A DNA stretch of 64,000 nt from Aquificaceae bacterium (GTDB lineage: Bacteria > Aquificota > Aquificia > Aquificales > Aquificaceae): positions 64,001 to 128,000 of the forward strand of contig JAXSNR010000002.1 of the NCBI GenBank assembly GCA_037925075.1, read 5' to 3'. Under the pieces are notes generated by a model, which was not told the origin of the DNA, made no database searches, and saw nothing but the letters and a program-made list of their open reading frames with translations. Below, one piece after another: positions 9,505 through 18,594 of the stretch. The number at the start of each line of letters is the position of its first letter. Within the stretch, counting starts at the first letter, position 1. The position numbers and the translations under genes were made by a program.

Positions 9505-10119
9505 ATGATGCAAGAAATCATATCAAGGCTTGAAAAGGTTTTTCCAGATAAGTTAGAGCTGAACTTTTCAAACCCCCTTGAGCTTCTTGTGGCGGTCATA
9601 CTTGCGGCACAGGCAACGGATAAAAAGGTAAACGAGCTTACGAAGGACCTATTCAAAAAATACAAAAGCTGTGAAGATTATCTAAGGGTTCCCATTGAAG
9701 AGCTTGAAAGAGACATAAGCTCCATAAACTACTACAAGAACAAGGCAAAGTTCATAAAATCTGCCTGTCAGAAGATTATGGAGTATCACGGAGGAAAAGT
9801 GCCAGACACTATGGAAGAATTAACAAAGCTTCCGGGTATTGGCAGGAAAAGTGCTAACATAATACTTTACAATGCTTTTAAGAAGAACGAGGGCATTGCG
9901 GTGGATACGCACGTGTCAAGGGTAAGTCAAAGGCTTGGATTAACAACTGAGAGCAAGCCCGAAAAGATTGAGCAAGACCTCATGAAGCAAGTCCCAACAG
10001 AGCTATGGGGCAAGTTTTCAAACCTTCTCATACTACTTGGTAGATACATATGCACGGCAAAAAAACCAAAGCATCATGAGTGCCCCCTTTATGACCTTTG
10101 CCCTTCGAGGGAGTTATGA
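9505..10119 (+). CDS. nth: Endonuclease III
   Basis: LAAQATD, HhH motif [16 protein letters not shown]-terminal Fe-S loop. Confidence 0.95.
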   Translation: MMQEIISRLEKVFPDKLELNFSNPLELLVAVILAAQATDKKVNELTKDLFKKYKSCEDYLRVPIEELERDISSINYYKNKAKFIKSACQKIMEYHGGKVPDTMEELTKLPGIGRKSANIILYNAFKKNEGIAVDTHVSRVSQRLGLTTESKPEKIEQDLMKQVPTELWGKFSNLLILLGRYICTAKKPKHHECPLYDLCPSREL

Positions 10120-10949
10120 TAGGCATAATAGGTGGTAGTGGGCTTTACAGGCTTGAGGATGTTGAAGTTATTGAGAAGGTAAAACTCAAAACTCCCTTTG
10201 GCGAGCCTTCTTCTGATATACTGCTGGCACGAATTGAGGGCAAAAGGGTGTGCTTTTTGGCAAGGCACGGCGAAGGGCACATCTACCCTCCTCACCTTGT
10301 ACCTTACAGGGCAAACCTATGGGCTTTCAGAGAGCTTGGTGTTAAGAGGGTCCTTGCCATATCCGCGGTGGGTAGCATAAACAGAAGATTCAGAGCTGGA
10401 GATTTTGTGGTAGTGGATGACCTAATTGACTTTACCAAAGGGAGAGAAGAAACCTTCTACGAAGGAAAGTTTTCCCTTTCAGTGGAGGGCGAGGATAAGG
10501 TAGCCAAGCTTTTAAGGGAAGGTAAGGTGGTTCACATAGATGTTAGCCATCTTTACTGTCCGCAGATGAGAGGAGTGCTTATAGAAGTTCTTGAATCTCT
10601 TAAGCTATCCTATCATCCTTCTGGAGTTTATGCATGCACCGAAGGTCCAAGGTTTGAAACACCAGCGGAGATAAGAGCTATAGAGAAGCTCGGCGGAGAT
10701 GTGGTGGGTATGACAGGCTATCCTGAGGTGGTCCTTGCCAGAGAGCTCACCATGTGCTATACAAGCCTGTGTGTTGTGGCAAATCCCGCCGCAGGTATAG
10801 CTGGCTACAGGCTAACCAGTGATGAAGTGCTAAACCTTATGAAGGAAAAGGAGAAAGACATAGGTAGAGTAATCTTAGAGTTTATAAAGGTTCTTCCCGA
10901 GAAAAGAACCTGCGAATGCGAACGCATACTTGAAGGTGCAGAAGTCTAA
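10116..10949 (+). CDS. mtnP: Methylthioadenosine/methylthioinosine phosphorylase
   Basis: [30 protein letters not shown] overlaps the nth stop (ATGA). Confidence 0.9.
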   Translation: MIGIIGGSGLYRLEDVEVIEKVKLKTPFGEPSSDILLARIEGKRVCFLARHGEGHIYPPHLVPYRANLWAFRELGVKRVLAISAVGSINRRFRAGDFVVVDDLIDFTKGREETFYEGKFSLSVEGEDKVAKLLREGKVVHIDVSHLYCPQMRGVLIEVLESLKLSYHPSGVYACTEGPRFETPAEIRAIEKLGGDVVGMTGYPEVVLARELTMCYTSLCVVANPAAGIAGYRLTSDEVLNLMKEKEKDIGRVILEFIKVLPEKRTCECERILEGAEV

Positions 10950-11854
10950 ACACTTACCTCTTGGAGGAACTTACTAAACTCCTCAATAAAGTTTCTCACC
11001 GCTGGGCTGTGAGGTCTGTCCTTACTGTAAAGCATGTAGAACTTTCTTGTGGGTACTTCAATGCCGCTAACCTTCAACACTTTTACCCCTTCACCATCAA
11101 TCCCTTTTAAAACATGGGAAGAAAGGTAAGAGACTGCTCTAATCCTTCTTAGCACATCCAATATAACCTCATTTTTATTCACAGTTAGAACCACCTTAAG
11201 CCCCTTCACATCCACCCCCAAAGATTTCAATAAGCTCTCCATGAACTTTCTTGTGCCTGATGTCTCTTCTCTGAGAACAAAAGGCATGTTGATAAGCTCC
11301 TCAAGGGTAAGCACCTCTTTGATCTTCTTACCACCTACAAAGAGTATGCTGTCTTCCCAAACTTCGCTTACTTGAATTCTCTTGTCCTGTTGAACAAAAC
11401 CCGTAAAACCTACATCCACCACCCCCTGTTCCACCTTTTTAAGCACTATCTCGGAATCCTCCACCATCAGGTCTATCTGAGTGTTGGGATTTTTGCTGAT
11501 ATATCTACCTATAAACTCTGGCAGGAGATAGGCTCCCGGTATTGAGCTTGCACCTATTTTTATATAACCCTTGTAGGAGCCTGTGAGGAGCTTTATCTCT
11601 TCTACTACAGAAAGTTTTAGCTCAAGTAGTTTCCTTGCATAGGGATATAGCATGTGTGCGTTGCTCGTGGGAAGCAATCTCCTACCCTTTCTGTAAAAAA
11701 GTTTAAGCCCTATGGACTTTTCAAGTTGATGAAGATGAAAGCTTATAGTGGATTGCGAAAGGTGAAGGCAATTAGAGCTTTCCGAGAGGCTTCCCTTTTC
11801 ATAAACACAACAGAAAAGTTCAAACAATCTCAGGTCAAGGTCCATGTTTTTCAT
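10946..11854 (-). CDS. LysR-family transcriptional regulator
   Basis: N-terminal HTH ([14 protein letters not shown]...LFYR), [13 protein letters not shown] (CysL/CbbR-like). Confidence 0.92.
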   Translation of the reverse strand: MKNMDLDLRLFELFCCVYEKGSLSESSNCLHLSQSTISFHLHQLEKSIGLKLFYRKGRRLLPTSNAHMLYPYARKLLELKLSVVEEIKLLTGSYKGYIKIGASSIPGAYLLPEFIGRYISKNPNTQIDLMVEDSEIVLKKVEQGVVDVGFTGFVQQDKRIQVSEVWEDSILFVGGKKIKEVLTLEELINMPFVLREETSGTRKFMESLLKSLGVDVKGLKVVLTVNKNEVILDVLRRIRAVSYLSSHVLKGIDGEGVKVLKVSGIEVPTRKFYMLYSKDRPHSPAVRNFIEEFSKFLQEVSV

Positions 11855-11913
11855 GGTATTAGCTTAAATATAAATGTGTAAGGGTTTCAATGAAAAGGGT
11901 CATAGGTTTTTGC

Positions 11914-12873
11914 TCAAAAATTTACCTTTTCCTCCACCACAAAGGGTTTATCTTCTCTCGTTCTGTAGTATATCCTCACAAGGAGCTCCGCTATTATGCC
12001 CGTGGATAAAAGCTGTATGCCTGCAAGAGTGAAGAGGACGCTTAGAATAAGCAAAGGCCTTCTTCCAATATCTTCATCAAGAAAGAGCTTTATAAATACA
12101 AGGTAAAAAAGCATAGCCAGTCCAAGGCTAAGAAGCAAAAAGCCCAAAGTTCCGAAGACATACATGGGTTTGTTTATGTATTCGTTTAAAAACTTCACCA
12201 AGAATATGTCAAGTATCACCCTCACAGTCCTACCTATGCCGTACTTGGACTTTCCGTACATTCTGGGGTGATGCCTAACGGGGATCTCCGTTATCTTTGC
12301 ACCAAGCCTTTTGGTAAGGGCCGGTAAAAACCTGTGCATATCTCCGTATAGCTCAAGCCTTTTTATTATGTGTGCCCTATATGCCTTTAGAGTGCAACCA
12401 TAATCATGAAGTTTTACTCCCGTCACCTTTGATATAATCCAGTTGGCTATAATAGAGGGAAGCCTTCTTGAAAGGAATGGGTCCTTTCTGTCCTTTCTCC
12501 ACCCGCTTACTATGTCGTAGCCCTTTTCCAGTTCCTGCAAGAGCAAAGGAATATCTTCTGGGTCGTTTTGAAGGTCTGCATCCAAGGTTATGATCACTTC
12601 TCCACTGGCATGTTGAAAGCCTGCATACATGGCGGCGGTCTGTCCGTAGTTTTTCCTGAAGCGTATAAGCTTGACCCTTTTGTCCCTCTCCGCAATTTCC
12701 TTTAGCCTTTCCCATGTGCCATCCAAGGACCCATCATCCACAAAGAGAATCTCATACTCCCTTCCGAGGCTGTCAAGGACCCTTTTAAGCCTTTCGTAAA
12801 GCACTGGTATATTGTCCTCTTCGTTGTAAGCGGGGATAACCACAGAAAGGTATGTGCTTTTTTCAGACCTCAT
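11914..12873 (-). CDS. GT2 polyprenol-phosphate glycosyltransferase (ArnC/DPM-like)
   Basis: SVVIPAYNEE, VDDGS, DADLQNDP, two C-terminal TM helices. Confidence 0.92.
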   Translation of the reverse strand: MRSEKSTYLSVVIPAYNEEDNIPVLYERLKRVLDSLGREYEILFVDDGSLDGTWERLKEIAERDKRVKLIRFRKNYGQTAAMYAGFQHASGEVIITLDADLQNDPEDIPLLLQELEKGYDIVSGWRKDRKDPFLSRRLPSIIANWIISKVTGVKLHDYGCTLKAYRAHIIKRLELYGDMHRFLPALTKRLGAKITEIPVRHHPRMYGKSKYGIGRTVRVILDIFLVKFLNEYINKPMYVFGTLGFLLLSLGLAMLFYLVFIKLFLDEDIGRRPLLILSVLFTLAGIQLLSTGIIAELLVRIYYRTREDKPFVVEEKVNF

Positions 12874-13525
12874 ACTTTCCCTCCGACCTCATGACCACTA
12901 TGGTTCTGTTGCCCTTTTCTCTTATGTCTTCAACCTTGTAGTCGTAAAAGTTTATTCTTTCAAGGTCTGAGAAGCTTAGGTTTTTCTCCGCTATGTACCT
13001 TAGGGTATAGGCATAATGCTTATAAGGTACTTTTACCTTCTGGTCCCTTCTGTAGTATTCAAAGCTCAAAAGTCTCTGTGCATGCCTTAGGTCAAAGAGC
13101 TTCTCATATAACTTGCCTGTAAGTAAAACCACAACTTTTTCAGAAAGGAGCCTTTTTGAGAGATTTCTTATGTGCTCTCTCCAGAAATCCATAAGAGTCT
13201 TGTTTCTGTATGGCTCTTTCCAAGATACTGGTGCAAAGGGGATGCAAGCGGTAGGCTTTATAAGACCATACATTGGAGATATAACCCACGAATTTTCCCT
13301 TATGTAGCTCTTCACGGGAGGGGGCAAAACCCACAGTTCAAGGCTCTCCCAAAAGGCTCCACCAAGCCTCCTGTACAAGGGTGCAAGGGAAGTATCCTTT
13401 ACAAACTCCTTCTCAATGGATCTGGCAAAAGGTTCAAACTCCTCCAACCAAAACCTGCCTTCATTACAGTCTTTAAACACAAACCTCTTCTGTACGGTGC
13501 TGTAGGGTAGAAGGAAAAGAAACAT
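12863..13525 (-). CDS. YaaA-like (DUF328) peroxide stress protein
   Basis: LYRRL.GAFWESL, ISPMYGLIKP...IPF and L.DFWR resemble YaaA motifs. Confidence 0.65.
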   Translation of the reverse strand: MFLFLLPYSTVQKRFVFKDCNEGRFWLEEFEPFARSIEKEFVKDTSLAPLYRRLGGAFWESLELWVLPPPVKSYIRENSWVISPMYGLIKPTACIPFAPVSWKEPYRNKTLMDFWREHIRNLSKRLLSEKVVVLLTGKLYEKLFDLRHAQRLLSFEYYRRDQKVKVPYKHYAYTLRYIAEKNLSFSDLERINFYDYKVEDIREKGNRTIVVMRSEGKYEV

Positions 13526-13542
13526 GCCTAAAATTATAAGGC

Positions 13543-14292
13543 ATGAGGCTCAAAAAACACTTAGGTCAGCACCTTCTCGTGGCCAAAGGCGTGCTAGAGC
13601 GTATAGTGGAGTTTTTGGACCTTAAAGAAGAGGACCTTGTGGTTGAAATAGGTCCGGGTACAGGCAACTTAACAAGGGAAATACTCAAAAAAAACTTTAA
13701 GGAGCTTCACCTACTGGAGATAGACCCTCAGATGGTGGAGGTCCTTCAGAAAAACCTGAGGGACATAAGGGTGTTTATTCACAATGAGGATGCGGTCAGT
13801 TTTGACCTTTGTTCTCTGGGAGAAAGCCTAAAGGTGGTAGGAAACCTGCCCTACAATGTGGCAAGCCTTATACTGGAAAAAACAGTCCTTCAACACGCCT
13901 GCATACCTATGGCTGTTTATATGCTACAAAAGGAGGTGGCTGAGAAAATCCAAAAGGGTCCTTCATGGCTTTCCACCTTTGTAAGAACCTTTTACAAGGT
14001 GGAGTATCTTATGAGCCTGCCCGCACGTTTTTTTATACCACCGCCCAAGGTTCAATCTGGACTTATAAGGCTTATAAGGAGAGAAGACCTTCCAGAAATA
14101 AGGCTTTTAGACTACAAGGGTTTTCTTACAAGGCTTTATTCCATGAGGAGAAAGGCTATAAAAAACAAACTTCCAGAGGATGTATTGCTTTCAGTGGGTA
14201 TAGACCCCATGTGTAGGGTAGAATCCCTTGAACCGGAAAAGGTTTTTATGATTTATAATATGCTTCAAAAACAAAGAGGTGAAATACTATGA
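13543..14292 (+). CDS. rsmA: 16S rRNA adenine dimethyltransferase
   Basis: KKHLGQHLL, EIGPGTG, GNLPYNV, QKEVA, FIPPPKVQS. Confidence 0.95.
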   Translation: MRLKKHLGQHLLVAKGVLERIVEFLDLKEEDLVVEIGPGTGNLTREILKKNFKELHLLEIDPQMVEVLQKNLRDIRVFIHNEDAVSFDLCSLGESLKVVGNLPYNVASLILEKTVLQHACIPMAVYMLQKEVAEKIQKGPSWLSTFVRTFYKVEYLMSLPARFFIPPPKVQSGLIRLIRREDLPEIRLLDYKGFLTRLYSMRRKAIKNKLPEDVLLSVGIDPMCRVESLEPEKVFMIYNMLQKQRGEIL

Positions 14293-15131
14293 TGGACACC
14301 TTTTTTATGGAGAGAGACCCATACGCACCCATAAGACATTGCTATCCAGTAAGCAACATACTTTATCATGGCAAAAGTGAGTATCAGGAAATCATGGTTG
14401 TAGAATCTCCACACTTTGGGAGAATCCTTGTCCTTGACGGTGTTGCTCAATGCGATGAGCGGTACGAGTTTATATACCACGAGTTTATGGCACATGTGCC
14501 TCTGTATGCTCATCCAAACCCAGAAAATGTTCTGATAATTGGGGGTGGGGACGGCGGAGTTCTAAGAGAAGTTCTCAAACATCCAGAGGTCAAAAGGGCT
14601 GTTCTTGTGGATATAGACAAGGAGGTTATAGAGGTTTCTAAAAGATTCCTTCCCACCATGGCGGTTGCCTTTGAGGATCCAAGGGCAATAGTCCTCAACG
14701 AGGACGGTTATAAGTACATCCAAGACTACGAGGACGAGTTTGATGTGATAATTGTGGATTCCACAGACCCCGTAGGCTTTGCCCATGTGCTTACCACGGA
14801 AGAGTTTTTTAAGTATGTTTATAGAGCCCTAAAAGAAGATGGCATATATGTAGGTCAGACAGAATCTATACACTACCACATTGAAATAGTAAGAAGAATA
14901 CAAAAGGCCCTCAAAAAGGTCTTTCCCATAGTGGACCTCTACACTGCGGTTATACCGGGATATGCTGGCTATTGGTGGACCATTTCCATAGCCTCCAAAA
15001 AGCATCCAGTGAGAGAACCCTCAAGAGAGGTAAAGGCTCAAACAAAGCTTTATTCCGCGGACATGCACAAGCACGCCTTTTTGCCTGAGAGCTTCTACAA
15101 CAAGCTTATATCGGGTGAGTACATGTTTTAG
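14289..15131 (+). CDS. speE: Polyamine aminopropyltransferase (spermidine synthase)
   Basis: SEYQEI, LVLDG, YHEFMAH, IIGGGDGG, DSTDP. Confidence 0.95.
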   Translation: MMDTFFMERDPYAPIRHCYPVSNILYHGKSEYQEIMVVESPHFGRILVLDGVAQCDERYEFIYHEFMAHVPLYAHPNPENVLIIGGGDGGVLREVLKHPEVKRAVLVDIDKEVIEVSKRFLPTMAVAFEDPRAIVLNEDGYKYIQDYEDEFDVIIVDSTDPVGFAHVLTTEEFFKYVYRALKEDGIYVGQTESIHYHIEIVRRIQKALKKVFPIVDLYTAVIPGYAGYWWTISIASKKHPVREPSREVKAQTKLYSADMHKHAFLPESFYNKLISGEYMF

Positions 15132-15568
15132 TATTTGCCGGTGATGTAATCCGCCACCGTGGTTGCCGCTATGGAGTGAGGTTTTACCACCGGCTTTAGC
15201 CCCTGTGCAAGCACATAGCCTATGGCTTCTTTTAGTATTACGCTGGAATTATGCTCTGGGTTTGGGTTTATGTCAAGATGGACCTCAAAGGGTCTTTTCC
15301 CCACAACCTCCGAGATCTCAAGGGCAAGATATACCGCCCTGCTTACTTCCTCAAGAAGCCTTTGACGCAAGGACCTTATGCGTGGTACCTTATCCACCTT
15401 CCAGAAGATCTTTGCCCCCCTGCAAGAATCTATATGTACCACCACCACAGAGACAAAAACAGTATGGTTTTTTACCTGCCTTGAATCACAACCCACATAC
15501 ACCGCGGTTTTTTGAGAAGTCCCCTTTATAAACTCCTTTACCTCTTTAATGTCCCTTATAAGAGGCAT
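15128..15568 (-). CDS. RNase H-like YkuK (DUF458) family protein
   Basis: VYVGCDS, RLLEEV, EVHLDIN, KPHSIAATTVAD. Confidence 0.8.
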   Translation of the reverse strand: MPLIRDIKEVKEFIKGTSQKTAVYVGCDSRQVKNHTVFVSVVVVHIDSCRGAKIFWKVDKVPRIRSLRQRLLEEVSRAVYLALEISEVVGKRPFEVHLDINPNPEHNSSVILKEAIGYVLAQGLKPVVKPHSIAATTVADYITGKY

Positions 15569-15647
15569 AGGAATATTTTAATGTATACATAAACCAAGTG
15601 GTGAAACTCCTCCGAGTTTTAAGCCTAAAAACAACTCTTTATAAACT

Positions 15648-18590
15648 CTAACTGTTTTTAAATAAAGCCTCTAATAACTGAGCAAACCTATAAAAGCTGT
15701 CAAACCAATATTCTTTATATTTATCAAGCACCTTTTCCATGTTCTCAGTTCTAAGAAATAGTTTTACACTAACTAAATATTCATTGTATCTGAATGTTTT
15801 ACAAATTTTGTTTTCACCTTCTTTATACTCAAATATTCTGGAATATCCATCAATCTTTCTATAACCTTCCGCATATTCCGTGCTTTTCGGATCAACAAAA
15901 AGAATAATGTATCTATTTCCTTTCTTTAACCAAAAGATGAAATCAGGCTTAAATTTTTCAATTTTATTTGTTTTAGGTTGATAGTAAGGAATATAGACCT
16001 CATCAAGATTTTCATCAATCTTAGAGAAAAACCACCAATCAAATTGTTCAAAAAAGTTATTTCGTGTTTTAAGATATTCTTCTAATTCCTTTATAAAATC
16101 AACTTCGCTCCTGGTTTTGATGATATGAGTAATGTAATTTATCTTCTCGTCTTCTGATAATAAAACAGGAATATAATAGTGGTTTTGAATGTAGTTAATG
16201 GCTAAAGGCCCATGTTCTACTTCTTTTATGAAATTTTTATCTATGTTCCTTATCTCTTCGGTATATTTATCAATATCTATTTCCCTCTTGTGAAGCTGTT
16301 CTTTAAGCTCCTTTTCCTTTTCTCCTTTTAGCGGATAAGCTTTGACTTTTATTATCTTTTCTCTAATGCTGTTTAATTTTTCCTTACTAATTCTTACCTG
16401 CTTAAAGTGTATGATTTCATTCTCCAGTGGCTTTAGCTCTCTAAATTCTTTAGTCCTTATTGAAAAATGGCGGGATATATTCCTAAGTAGAATTTCTGGC
16501 TTTGCAATTGTAGATACATTTTTATTAGTATTGTAGTATTCATCTTGATTACGAAAACTCTCTTTTATCTTCTTTAATATTTTTGGTTCCATATCAAACT
16601 TTACCAACGCTACTTTATCATCAATATAGTTAAGATAATTCATTGTAAGCTTCAAATCATCTTTGCTAATCTCAAACTTGATAAAATACTGTTCGTCAAC
16701 TAACATCTTTTCGCTTTCTGTATATACTGGAATTAAAAGCAACTTATCCTTTATATCAGGATTAATCTCAAAAAGGTTTCCTATAAGTTCTTCTTGTTTT
16801 TGTTCTTTAAGTGTTTCAATTACTTCTTTAAGGTTTTCTGCTTTTGTGCCATAAACAAAGAGTGTTTCAATTAGATTAATATTATTATTCTTCTTTATCT
16901 CTTCAAACATATTTTTCTTAATTTCATTGTTGTTATACAAAACTTCCAATCTTTTTCTTTTATTTGGCAATGGTTCAATACGAACACCTCTTCCTATAGA
17001 TTGCAAAACAAACTTTTTAGCATCTGTTCCTTTTCCTATGTTTATGTATAAAATAATGTTTGGCCTGTTGCTATCCCATCCTTCATAAAAAGCCCGAGAA
17101 CCCATTAAAATATTTATGTCAGAATCCTCTTTATTGATTTTTTCAAATACGCTTTCATCAACAAGCGTTTCGTTAATTTCATAACCAGAGAGCTTATCTT
17201 TAATCCATTTATATGTATCACCGATCCTTATAAGTGCAAAAGGCTTTTCGCTTGTTTTAAGTTTAAAGCTTATTTGTTTATTGTCCTTCTGCTTTTTTAA
17301 TACTTCAATATCACCATTTGTTTTAGCATTAAAAACATTTTCTAAAATATCTTCAAAAGTCAGATTATTAATCTGTTCATCCTCAAATTGAATTCTATCA
17401 GGGACAAATTCACAAGTATGTTGTAAATCGTTAATTAAATCCCTTTTGGCTTCCTGTAAAAGATCATCATCAACGCCATCTTTTGCAATTTTAACTAGCT
17501 CTCTAAAAAAGAGTTCAAGGTCGGAATCCTCTGTATTTACCGAATTTACCAGTGTTAGTATTAAAGGTTTATGATAAAAACCTTGTGGTTTTGATTTTTT
17601 TATTAGTGTATGGAGCAAGAAGATTTTTAAAATTATTACTTGTTTTTGTCTTTCTGTCAATTCTGTATGTTTTTGTAAGGCTTCTATATTTGATTGAGAT
17701 ATATAAACCTGCTTGCCATATCCACTCTGTATGAATTTTTCCAGATTAAAATTAAACACACAGGTTGCAAAATCTCTCGGATCAGTAAAGGTAGCCGAAA
17801 AGTTAAACAAAAATCCATTTCTGGAAAGTATAGAGTAATATAATTGTCTCTTACTATCCTCTTTATCACCCTTATGAGCTTCATCAAGGATTATGTACCA
17901 ATTACCATTGGCATCATAATTTCTGAAATCAATAATTTTCTCTTTTTGTTCATCGGATATTAAATCGCTTCTATAATAAAACACATCTATTTCATTCCCC
18001 ATTTTTAGCTTGTTTTCTCTTTTTACTTTTTCATAGTCCTTTAAACTATACAAGATAATATGTAAGGAGTTGTCCGAAGAGTTAAACTCATTAACATGTT
18101 TTTTAAATTGGTCAATAAGGTCTTCACGATAAGTTAGAAAGAGGATTTCTTTTTGTGGTATCTGTCCATTTTTTATGAGATTTCCAAGTAATTCAATTAG
18201 CTTAATAATAACAAGTGTTTTACCGCTTCCCGTTGCCATCCAAAAACTCATTCGGTTGATAAAGTTATAAAATGGTATAGTGCTGTTTTGTATTTCATAA
18301 TACTCCTCAAGGATTTTAAAAATTTTGTGATTTTTACCGTTCAATTTATAGTCAAGCCCTTTTGTTTCTATCAAGCCGTTATTTTTGTAAAGTTCAAAAA
18401 AGCTTTCTTTGTTTCCATTGCAATCTTTGTAATACTTATATAAAGCTTTCAAAGCATTTTCCAGTACTTTCTGTTGATAATCAAACAAGGTTTTTTTATT
18501 TGAAAACTTTGCTAAATCAAAGCTTAGCCAATCAGGTTCTAAGGATTGCATTTGAATGGAATTTACTATTTTTTGCAAGTACAGTTCCAT
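15648..18590 (-). CDS. res: Type III restriction endonuclease Res subunit
   Basis: MATGSGKT, DEAH, FSAT, EGWD, QSIGRGVR helicase motifs; C-terminal PDF...DPK nuclease motif; AT-rich. Confidence 0.92.
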   Translation of the reverse strand: MELYLQKIVNSIQMQSLEPDWLSFDLAKFSNKKTLFDYQQKVLENALKALYKYYKDCNGNKESFFELYKNNGLIETKGLDYKLNGKNHKIFKILEEYYEIQNSTIPFYNFINRMSFWMATGSGKTLVIIKLIELLGNLIKNGQIPQKEILFLTYREDLIDQFKKHVNEFNSSDNSLHIILYSLKDYEKVKRENKLKMGNEIDVFYYRSDLISDEQKEKIIDFRNYDANGNWYIILDEAHKGDKEDSKRQLYYSILSRNGFLFNFSATFTDPRDFATCVFNFNLEKFIQSGYGKQVYISQSNIEALQKHTELTERQKQVIILKIFLLHTLIKKSKPQGFYHKPLILTLVNSVNTEDSDLELFFRELVKIAKDGVDDDLLQEAKRDLINDLQHTCEFVPDRIQFEDEQINNLTFEDILENVFNAKTNGDIEVLKKQKDNKQISFKLKTSEKPFALIRIGDTYKWIKDKLSGYEINETLVDESVFEKINKEDSDINILMGSRAFYEGWDSNRPNIILYINIGKGTDAKKFVLQSIGRGVRIEPLPNKRKRLEVLYNNNEIKKNMFEEIKKNNNINLIETLFVYGTKAENLKEVIETLKEQKQEELIGNLFEINPDIKDKLLLIPVYTESEKMLVDEQYFIKFEISKDDLKLTMNYLNYIDDKVALVKFDMEPKILKKIKESFRNQDEYYNTNKNVSTIAKPEILLRNISRHFSIRTKEFRELKPLENEIIHFKQVRISKEKLNSIREKIIKVKAYPLKGEKEKELKEQLHKREIDIDKYTEEIRNIDKNFIKEVEHGPLAINYIQNHYYIPVLLSEDEKINYITHIIKTRSEVDFIKELEEYLKTRNNFFEQFDWWFFSKIDENLDEVYIPYYQPKTNKIEKFKPDFIFWLKKGNRYIILFVDPKSTEYAEGYRKIDGYSRIFEYKEGENKICKTFRYNEYLVSVKLFLRTENMEKVLDKYKEYWFDSFYRFAQLLEALFKNS

Positions 18591-18594
18591 TATT

